From: Piedraia hortae CBS 480.64
Lineage: Eukaryota
Assembly: GCA_010093745.1 (NCBI GenBank)
Contig: MU006016.1
Span: 1 to 64,000 of the forward strand
DNA: 64,000 nucleotides
Direction: 5' to 3'
Under the pieces are notes generated by a model that was given only the letters and a program-made list of their open reading frames with translations, ran no database searches and was not told where the DNA came from. Shown here piece after piece: positions 35,357 to 44,664 of this stretch. Made by a program: the position numbers and the translations under genes. The stretch's first letter is position 1; each line of letters opens with the position of its first letter.

Positions 35357-37914
35357 ATCAGCGGAGTTTGTGTACACAATGAATGTCAGGGGTTTTGGAA
35401 TGCACATTATGGTCGACTACTGTACACGTTCAATTGCAATACGAATCTAAGCCAGATCAGTACCGACTACCAAAGAGTCTGGTGTGTTCAGACATGATCA
35501 GCTCAACGGCTACTTCTGTGACTTCTGTGATTTGTTTTGTGCTCATTCATGTAACTTAGTCCAATTATTTCAGCACTCATTTTCATTCAAGAGGCCATCC
35601 AATATACGCAATCTCCACCTTCTCGCCAGATGACTTCTCGGCTTGCACTTCATAGTGCGCTGGACGTGTCTCTGCAGAGTTAATATTATACTTCATCGTA
35701 TCTACTAGCCATGAATCGCGTTGAAGGTTGTCATCTGAAACCTAGCTGCACCAAATCATGGGTAGCAAATGAGGAAAAGAAAACCTCAGGATCTGCATTC
35801 TCCATCCAAGTTCATAATGATTGATTGTGACAATATGCTTATACAAAGCTCCGCTCAGAGCTAGCAATCTTATGTTAGCGTATTGTGTGCCTGAAATGGC
35901 CTAGTATTGTTTGTTCTCCGCTCACGGTTGCGACCCTAATTACGCGAACTGGCCTCAGGCCTTCGCCAACTCTCACGATATAGGCGTTCGTGGAGGTCTA
36001 AACTTGCCCCAGCTAGAGCGGAGAGGATGAAGCCGGTACCACGGCCAGGCGGTATTGCTACACTACTGAGTCGCATCATCCGAAATCAAGTAAGCATGAC
36101 AGGTTTGGCAACCAAATCCGAGCTATGAGTGCGCAGCTGTGTTAAAATTCCTTTTCGATCGCAACTCTACATGCAGTGGGGAACAGTCTGAATTTGGAAG
36201 CAATACCCAGTGAGGCAAAATAGCATCAAGAAATCCAGTACAACGAAGAGATGTCGTTGAATCAATTAGCTACTTTGAGAAGCTGGAGAACGACTTGAAC
36301 CCAGAAGCAATTCTCAGTGGACTTGATAAAGATCCAGAATTTCAGTCCAAGACAGACCAGTAACCCACGGCTTACAAACTAGTGACAATGAGCTAAACGA
36401 AATCCTCTCATCCTTACACCGCCTCGAGTCCGAGTCTGGTTTTACAATCATGCCAGCACTGCAACGATAAGCCCTCCTTTTACAAACAATCCTACTCTCC
36501 CATCTTTTGCAATGTTTTTCAGTATTGGTATTCTCTCCTTACTGATCCTGAACGGGCCATTATGGCCAAGGCTGGTGCAGATGTATTCTCAAGACACACC
36601 CTCTAATAAACGAAGTACTCGAAAGACACATGCCTTCCCTTGAAAGGATTTGGTCAGGCTTTTTGAGTCCGACATCCACATGACACATCGTCGGTGCATC
36701 GTACGATCAGTAGATCGAAGATAACTATTGCGGAACAGTCGTTACGATGTCAATATGCCACGCTTGGCCGAGTGGCAGAGCTATAAGATTCATATACACA
36801 ATTATTATGCCGAGAGGGAGAGCATATAGATCATTATAACCCTTCTATCGTTACTCGAACTAAAGTCGTCGAGTTCGACCAACTTGTCTCCCGGTAGACC
36901 GTATGGCGCAATCAGATACGCCAAGATGGACTGAAAAAGGCGGTGAGAAACCCATTCGACATCCGCTCGATGTATGGTTGATGGACGGGAAATGTATCTG
37001 AGGCGTCTGTACACGCTTCGATAGTTGGTACGTTTAATGGTAGTAGTAAGGAGTGATTGTTATTTGTCTATTCTATGAATCTTCCCTAAAACTTATTCGT
37101 AGCGGCGCTACTTCACCTCGTTGTCATAGTGCATGACAACGCTTCCTACAATGGTAACTAGGAACGGTCCAGCTAGGTAAAGCCCGGTGACTCTGGGGGC
37201 AAATTTTTTGAATTCTGACGTTGTCCGTTCAGACGTTGTACTCGACGACCTCCCCAAGGGTACGCCATCATGCACAGACACATTGAAAGACGTTAGATCG
37301 CATCGTCAACACACCATACGTGCTGCTAGACAAGCGCTCCGTCTTTGCGGACGACCTCAATGCCATGTCACTGGCAATCACACTTTCCAGGGTTGCCATA
37401 CCGGCAGCGACCCCCACCGGCGAACTCAAGCGACCAAGACCAGCGCCACTCTGTGGGCAGCTCGAATTCCTCAAAAGCCTCGGCCACCTCAGCCGATCAA
37501 AACCAATCCCGCCCGTCCACGAGACCAAGGCCCAGGCCTGTTCTTTGCCACTCACTGCTATAATGTGATACCAACACAAGAATGGCAAGCCTCACCCATA
37601 GTGGTTCGAGGCTGAGCTTGAGGAGCTTGGGACGCAAAGGGCAAAGCAAACCATCGTGCCGTGCCAATATCCGAGATCTCAGGCCAACAAGTCTTTGCGC
37701 GCCTCTAGACCTTTGCAAATATATGAATTCTCACCTTCTTCCGCCCCTAGGCCCAGATAGTATGGATTTATCTCCTCCAACACTTCAAAGGGCGACAGCC
37801 GAGCCATCAAATCCTTACACTAGCGAGGAACTAGAGTCTGTACTTAACCTCATGCCTACGCTTAACGCTGAACCCATACCCCAAAAGTCGATACGGAAGC
37901 CAGCGACCTGGTGA

Positions 37915-38684
37915 AATTATCAGTACAAGGGACGACAGAGTACGTGTAGCAATCGATGCCTTGCGACAAGGGATTGGAGTCAAGAAAAAAAAGGGTCCTC
38001 GTAGTGGTTTTCGATCCTTAGCAAACAAAACAAGCCCGGTATGGGGCCGTACTCCGACTCCTAAGTCTGTGGAAGACGGACATGACACTTCAACTGGCCA
38101 GAACTTTTAACCAAGGCGGATATTTTGCAAGGGGTTTGCTCAGCTGGGAAAAGAGCTGGGTGAGCTCCAGGACAATCGAAGAGGGCAAATGTGGAGCTCA
38201 CCCAAAGACAAGAAGTCATTTTGATGACGAGGAAGTCCAGCTGTCTGGGCACGGGTTTGTGGGAGAGAAGTATGATGCTGTGATCTGCTTTTCCGGTTCA
38301 AATTACATGATCAAAGCAAGCAATGGCCTCTCCGTCATCGGCCGGATCGATGATGAAGTTGGGTCTCCGTTGGTCAACAGTCCAGAAGGGGTATAACTAC
38401 GATGGCCATGAAACTTTCATTTCGTGATGAAAGACCTGATGTAGTTGCCCACTGGAAGGTTTGCAAGGAGCAGCCTTCGGTTGCTAAATCTACAACAGAG
38501 GCAGAGCTCATGGATACAAGCTACAATAGAATAATTCAGGACACTCCCAAGGAACATCTTCTATACCTCGGCTGAGGTCTCTCACACACGTACGAGAATA
38601 TGGCTTTTTATTGGCAACCAGCCGACTCTTTCCAAAGGTGCCGGGAAGCGAATCATGGTGTCAGGGTTCCTGACTCGGCGTTGA
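37915..38684 (+). pseudogene. Degenerate DDE transposase fragment (fungal IS630/Tc1-superfamily type)
   Basis: Frameshifted motifs LARTFNQGGYFARGLLSWEKSW...IEEGKCGAHPKTRSHFDDEEVQL, KLGLRWSTVQKGYNYDGHE and RIWLFIGNQPTLSKGAGKRIMVSGFL. These match the KGxYxDGHE and PKGxGKxIMVSDFL motifs recalled for this family. Confidence 0.65.
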
Positions 38685-38705
38685 AAGCGCCAGGCAACAA
38701 CAATC

Positions 38706-39490
38706 CCCTGGGTAGCTCATCTAGGCCTTGACCGTGCCCTGATTGGTCTAGACAAGGCAACCACCGCTGACTCCATGGAGCCGCCGAAGGTTGGCAAGCC
38801 CAAGGTCATTGCCGACCAGCTCGAAGGCTGCTCCGCAGCATCCTTGATGGTTGTCGCCCTGGGCCGCAATGCTGTCTTAGATTCCAGGCGCATCGGGCGG
38901 TTATCATCTGGCGCGATGAGCACCGAGGGGCAGAGGACAAGCTGTTCCGTCCCAACAAGAGCTCGGACACCCTCACAAAGTATTTCAGCCCCCTTACGGG
39001 GTTCATCACGTTCCTGGCCTCCCTCGAAGAGGAGTATGGTTTTTCGGCGCCAGGAACTTTTGACGGCGTACACGTGCCGCATACGGCGCACGCCGCCTGG
39101 CAGAGCCTCCCGACAGAGGCCGCAGCTGTACGCCCGGATAATAGCAACCTTCAGCAGAGCCCCCTTTCCCTTTTGTGGGCTCTCCTCCGTCAACCCGTGG
39201 GTGCGACGTCCTTCCGCTCGCCCCTTGCGACGTACACCTCCCTTTTCGCAGTCGGGAGAGGACGGGCGGCGTGGCAGGAGGGCCGAAATTATACAAGCTC
39301 GTTATCCGGATTCATCTGGGTCGTCCAGCTTATCATGGTGGCCAAAATTCTCGGGGAGGAGAATGACCTGGCGAATCGGCAGGGCATATACATGGAGGAA
39401 AACTTGCCAACGATACCTCTCCCAGGGTCTGCCAATCCCATGCCCACTATTATGCAGTGATGCTCGTGCATTCGCGGGACGATGCGCTAG
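38706..39490 (+). pseudogene. Fragment resembling the N-terminal region of fungal telomere-linked RecQ helicase (TLH-like) proteins
   Basis: WVAHLGLDR, then after a frameshift CRPGPQCCL...FRPNKSSDTLTKYF...FRSPLATYTSLFAV...WQEGRNYTSSLSGFIWVVQL...GSANPMPTIMQ*. Recalled similarity to the SPL...W..xxNY.S.LSG.IW..QL block. No helicase domain is present. Confidence 0.55.
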
Positions 39491-39570
39491 GATATAAGGT
39501 ATTCAGCTTTCTTATGCCATTCCTCTTGCAGCCAAAGTCACATCATACAAATCCCCTTGAATAAGTAATA

Positions 39571-39782
39571 CAGTACTCCGAAAAATTGGTAATATGTTTA
39601 GGATTTTTGACACATCAAAGCCATGACTTCCGTTACATTGCACCGATACGTTCAAGAGTAGCATCATTCGATAGGCCTTTCAAAGCGCTACCCAACGCAT
39701 GTTGTTTAGCGTTGGTATGTGGTACACAGGTGGAAATAATTGATGTCAAAGTCGGACGATTTAGGTGACCAATCTATCGGCG
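39571..39782 (+). repeat. Left terminal inverted repeat of the Tc1-like element
   Basis: Reverse-complement match to 41382-41593 with 9 mismatches. 39604-39759 is identical. Confidence 0.93.
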
Positions 39783-39920
39783 ACACTTCCAAGTCCCACC
39801 TCTGACCAAATCAACGCGTCGCAAACCACACACAACACCTCTACAAACGCGAAAAGATTACACAACGTTCATTAGAGTCGTGAGTTTCATTGAAATTCGA
39901 TTTGCGCTTTCCTGTTCACT

Positions 39921-41372
39921 ATGCGCCCTCTCGGAGACTCTAGACGCGACAACGTGCTTGCGGGCATCAAAGCGGGCAAGTCTCAGCGACAAATGACCAA
40001 AGACATGGGTTGTAGTAAGACGTTCGTTCAGAAACTCCGCTAGGACTTTGTTGGAAAGGGAGGCGAGATCGAAACGCCAAGGGTCGGGCGTTCAGAGAAG
40101 CTGGACAAGGCCACGAAGAGGCGATCGGCCAGGTTGATGCGCACGAACAAGTGCAAATTGGCGCCAGAGGTTGACCGTATGCTGAAGCGTGGCCTAGGGA
40201 TCAGCATATGTCCTGATACTGTCCGCAATGCTTTCAAAGAGCAAGAGTTAGGGGATGTCAAGAAGAAGGCCTCAGCACTATCGAAGAAAGCAGCCATTCG
40301 AGACTCAATATGGAACATGTCAGCACCATGGATATGACATCGTACAATGACTACATGAGGAAATGTCCCATCCATGATGATTGTCTCGGTAACAAGTGCA
40401 AGCTACATTCTGGAGTCATACTTCCATCACAATCACTTGCAATTGATACGCCTGCAATCAGGAATGATATTGCTCGTGCTGCATCATTTGCGTTTCAGGG
40501 ATCGTCAGAGCTTCATAAGGACAAATAGAAAAAGATACTGCTTGATGTGATGAAAGCAAAAACGGGTCGAATGGGGTCGGGTATTCTCAATTGTAACGTT
40601 GACAGGAGCCTTCGGATGGTCATGAGTCCACACACATAAGATCACAGGATAGTTTACATCCCGGAGTATCTCTGTGGCAAGTGGAAGGTGGTCGAATTCA
40701 ACGAGGAGACCCAGAGGTGGGGCTGATCGCCTTCGGTGGGCCACTGAGCACCTGGAATGGACAGTTGAGGACTGGAAGAAGGTCCTGTTCTCCTACGAAA
40801 CTAAAACCAACTGTGCTGGATCCAACGGCGTGCAATGGTCGTGGACCCCCCCCCCCCCCCCTCCCAACGAGACTGGGTTCGAGGATCATAACGTGAGGGA
40901 CACAGTCAAGCTCGGCGGTGGAAAGGTCTTAATTTGGGGGTGCATGTCCGGAGCAGGAATGGGGAGGTTCGATTTTGTCGTTGGGCGAATGGATGCGCCG
41001 CACTACGTCAGTATACTGCGTATAACCTTTGGGGTAGCATGCGCTTCCTCCGCTGTGACAAGTTCCAGCAGAATGGAGATAGCAAGCATACCTTGAAGCT
41101 TGCCCGGGCCTGGTTTGAGGACAACGAGATCGTTTTTCTGGACTGGCCTGCCTACTCCTCGGACCTCAATCCCATTGAGCATCTGAGGGAGATTATCAAG
41201 AGGAGGCTGGCTGGATATAAGACCGTTGCCGAGAGCCAGGGGGAAGCTGAAGAAGCGGATTGAGGAGGCATGGGCCTCCATTACGCCCGAGAAGTATTAT
41301 GCACTCGTTGAGAGTATGCCGAGGCGTTGTGCAGGTGTTGTCAAAGCCAAGGGAGGTCCGACTAAGTATTAA
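39921..41372 (+). pseudogene. Tc1-family transposase pseudogene interrupted by a 426-bp insert
   Basis: HTH region MRPLGDSRRDNVLAGIKAGKSQRQM with stop at 40041, LSKKAA|insert|ADRLRWA...WKKVLFSYETK (catalytic D to Y), VKLGGGKVLIWGC, FQQNGDSKH (D lost), WPAYSSDLNPIEHL, SMPRRC.GVVKAKGGPTKY*. Two frameshifts. Confidence 0.93.
40296..40721 (+). other. Foreign 426-bp insert encoding a decayed fragment similar to a two-barrel RNA polymerase beta'/Rpb1-type subunit
   Basis: One frame spans the insert with two internal stops (40526, 40637): ...KCPIHDDCLGNKCKLHSG...LLDVMKAKTGRMGSGILNCNVDRSLRMVMSPHT*DHRIVYIPEYL... Confidence 0.6.
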
Positions 41373-41381
41373 GAGTAGCCC

Positions 41382-41593
41382 CGCCGGTAAATTGGTCATC
41401 TAATTCGTCCGACTTTGACATCAATTATTTCCACCTGTGTACCACATACCAACGCTAAACAACATGCGTTGGGTAGCGCTTTGAAAGGCCTATCGAATGA
41501 TGCTACTCTTGAACGTATCGGTGCAATGTAACGGAAGTCATGGCTTTGATGTGTCAAAAACCCTAAACATGTTACCAATTTCTCGGGGTACTA
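41382..41593 (-). repeat. Right terminal inverted repeat of the Tc1-like element
   Basis: Reverse complement of 39571-39782. Terminal base changed (TAGT instead of CAGT). Confidence 0.93.
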
Positions 41594-42404
41594 TAAGTAC
41601 CGGCCCTATTGCCACAGTGGAGGTTATCAATAACGATTTACTACGCACCCTGGTCGAGTTATCTGTTCTAACGAGCGACAGCTCGCCTTCAACTGATTGC
41701 TGAATCCAATGGAATTCAACTTTCGTGGTTACATATTGGGGAAGCAGTACCACACAGATTATGGCAGTATATTTGACAAAGTTGATGATGCGAGTGATAA
41801 CCGAAACTCGTCGATCAAGTCCGGAAGAAGAAATTTTGAATAGGATAAAATTCCGTCCCAGAGATTATACCCGAGATGGTATTGAAGACGTCTCCACATC
41901 CAGAGACCATGTAAAGCATAAAGGCACGCTTGACCTCTCGAGTTATCATCATGATAAGTGACATACCATGACGATAACTCGATGTACCGTACATCCCGAT
42001 TCGAATCAAGACACTCGGTGATGGCATGCAAACGCCGTGTCAGAACCTCCAATTTATGAGCTGGTAGATGATGTTTGATTTGGTGAGCAAATTGGCTTGT
42101 CCATCGGGCCAGAACACTCCCTGCTTGAGTCATTTGCGCTTTGCCTTACGGCACCGGCAGCAAACTTACTGCAGCTACGCAACATCAAGGCTGCTGCAGA
42201 GGTCTCGCCCGAAGTAGGAGCCGCTGCCACGGCGTGAGTGACTACCAAGGGGAAAATTGGCTGCAGAGGAAGTTGCGGGCAGGTGCCCAGTCAGCATTCA
42301 TTGACAGTTGACATCTTGCGAGTTGGGAATAATTAGGTTGTCAAGCACCCTACTTCACTGCTCAGCAAGTTTAATGATATTCATATGGGATACTCCGAAA
42401 CGGC

Positions 42405-42992
42405 ATGGATTCCTCACGTCCGCAGCTCATAACGAACCAGCTCTCGTTGGCCCTGCCACCGAACCTACAACCCTGCGCAACAAGACCCCAAGAAGCCAAA
42501 GCATCATCATTCCAGGAGAACTCGTTGCAAGCGCATCTCCCTCGTGATCCACCACCACATTCTCGCGCCGAACAGGATTTAGCCCTAGTCAGAGTGCTGG
42601 AAGAGCAGATTGGTCCACCACCAACGGAACCACAGACCGAAAAGCAAAGGGCCAGACGCACACGAGCTCTGGACGCAGCGTTTAAATGTATTGGTAAGGA
42701 TAGCTTCACCATGGCTTGGTTAACTCGCCACCCTGCCGATACCAACTTGCCGTTTGAGCGTCGACCTTTCCGGACGCAGTTGTATGACTACCAGGCCGAT
42801 GTTGAGGATACTGGAGAGGATTTCATCCAAGATGCTCAGAGGGACCTTTTCGGGGAGGTTTGGATGAGTAGCACAATACCGCAGGGCACCTGGTGGAAAG
42901 GCGAAAGGAGATTGTCAAGCAGTTCGTTGTCAGAGCCACCAACTCTGGGGGTTTCGAAGAATGAGGATTCCTCTCATGACTCGACACAATAG
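42405..42992 (+). CDS. Hypothetical protein (195 aa)
   Basis: ATG-initiated ORF with a protein-like central region (AEQDLALVRVLEEQ...AWLTRHP...LFGEVW). No domain recognised. Confidence 0.5.
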   Translation: MDSSRPQLITNQLSLALPPNLQPCATRPQEAKASSFQENSLQAHLPRDPPPHSRAEQDLALVRVLEEQIGPPPTEPQTEKQRARRTRALDAAFKCIGKDSFTMAWLTRHPADTNLPFERRPFRTQLYDYQADVEDTGEDFIQDAQRDLFGEVWMSSTIPQGTWWKGERRLSSSSLSEPPTLGVSKNEDSSHDSTQ

Positions 42993-43258
42993 ATTCGATG
43001 CGCCAAGTCTTAGACCTGCTTGTGGCTTAGCATCCTCTGGGTAAGCACTTTCGTTGGAAACTGTGGCATTGCGCTTTGGGGACAACGTGAGTTTCGATAA
43101 TCGATCAACATTGTAACTTCCGATAGAAAGTAGGAGGGTGTTAAAGCTCAAATGAATGATTATCAGTAGCATTACGATCCCCTACGGTTCCCATATAACA
43201 ACTCCCCAGCGCCGGATTGACGTAGGCACACGCAGTGAAAAGCGAAGGCTCCTGAAAC

Positions 43259-43926
43259 TTACATGACGGAGCATTTTTCAGCACCAGGATTGGGTACTTC
43301 TCTTCTGGAGGAACCGTGCTCGATCTCGGCGACGATACCTCGGAACGCTTGAGTGACATTTCGATTGTATCGCGCACTAGCTTCGATGAAACCGCAGCCA
43401 AGTTCTTTGGCTAACTCGCGACCTTTTGTAGGGGAAATTTGGCGATGCACCTCGCTGAGATCGCTCTTGTTGCCGACCATCATGATGGGCACTGTGTCGG
43501 CGCCCTACCAAGTCAATACACGCATCTTTGGACTCTTGAGATTGGAAACACACCAGGTGGTTTAGTATTTTATCTCGAAGGATACGAACCATGTCGAAAC
43601 TGTGTTGGCTGGCTACGGAATAAACAATCATATAGCCATGTATGCCAATGAAATGCTTGCTATTGAGCATGGAGTACTCATCTTGACCGGCTGTGTCAAC
43701 AATTTCTAGAGCATAATCCTCGTCATTGTAATCAACTGATTTGGCAAAGGTGTTTTCAATGGTGGGATAGTAAGTATCAACAAAGTGTCCTTCCACGAAT
43801 TGCACAGTAAGTGAGCTTTTGCCTGTACAATCAAATTAGAGAAGCCAGTAGCAGTAGAGAGTGCATCCTACCAACGGAGCGACTGCCCACAACAGCAACT
43901 TTTCGTTGTCTCAACGGGTTCGCCAT
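43259..43926 (-). CDS. RHB1: Rheb small GTPase
   Basis: G1 VGSRSVGKS with the Rheb-specific Arg, effector loop YYPTIEN, DTAGQDEY, NKSD, EASA and CAAX CSVM. Two short introns. Confidence 0.93.
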
Positions 43927-44664
43927 GGTGCGCGACACTTGTCGAAGTTGGTTGAGGGATTGCGGGCCACTTGCGGTAATTGCCAGCCCCACAACAACGT
44001 GGTAATGTGGGGCCCAAGCGAGGGCACTCCAAGGAACGAGGGTCGTTGAAGTGAGATTCCCAGGTTCCATAGTATCAGGCTTCCATTCGGCTCAGGCTAC
44101 TTTTATTTGGCGGTAAATATCTTGCCTACGTGGAGATCTGTACGAGCGGGAGGAATGCGGTCGACTCGGAAGGATGGGAATTGAATCCTGATCCTGCACG
44201 AAGACACTTCATGGTTAGCGCGTCAAAATCGCTGCTACAGTGATGTGGTCGAGGGTAAAAAAAAAAAACAGAAGTCTCTGATGCCAAGACCCGTGCAGTC
44301 ACGTATGTGCACGTTCAACTGCATTAAGTTTACATGCAGCTTGACTTGTTGGCTAAGGCTTGCCTTTCCCCAACGTGCTAGATGTACAACCATACGATGC
44401 ATCCATCACGTATAGCTTGCTTCTTTGATCGCTTCAAGAAACTCCGTCGTACGGTATCCGCACGATTCGTGTAAGACTTCTTGGCCACACGAGAAGGAAT
44501 ATTTTCCCGTGCTCGCGGCTCTATGCAGAGAGCTTATGAGCTACCTACATCTGATGGGGCCTCATTCTCATCCATTATGGCCCCAAAATGCCGGTTAACC
44601 AGGTTCATTACAATAAGTTATTGGTTGTTCATCATTCGTGCCGAGCCACTATGGGCTTATATCA

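Larger units (their letters stand above)
39571..41593 (+). mobile_element. Tc1-like (DD34E) DNA transposon, full length but inactive, 2023 bp
   Basis: 212-bp TIRs (39571-39782 and 41382-41593), left end starting CAGT, TA target duplication at 39569-39570 and 41594-41595, internal transposase relic. Confidence 0.93.

Noticed and set aside
36757..36800. tRNA-like 5' end (GCCACGCTTGGCCGAGTGG)
   Set aside because: A-box-like only. No T-arm/B-box or acceptor-stem partner downstream.
38775..39497. 240-aa Arg/Ser-rich ORF as an intact gene
   Set aside because: Mostly an off-frame reading of the TLH-like relic, whose recognisable motifs lie in another frame.
39586..39768. Duplicated 60-aa ORFs (also 41396-41578)
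   Set aside because: They are translations of the two TIRs and have no ATG start.
40296..40721. Insert as a spliceosomal intron or nested transposon
   Set aside because: No GT...AG boundaries, far longer than local introns, and no terminal repeats or TSD seen.
44160..44200. tRNA(Sec)-like T-loop (GGATTCAATTCC) on the minus strand
   Set aside because: T-stem does not pair and no cloverleaf forms. The adjacent sequence is better explained as an intron acceptor in the RHEB leader.
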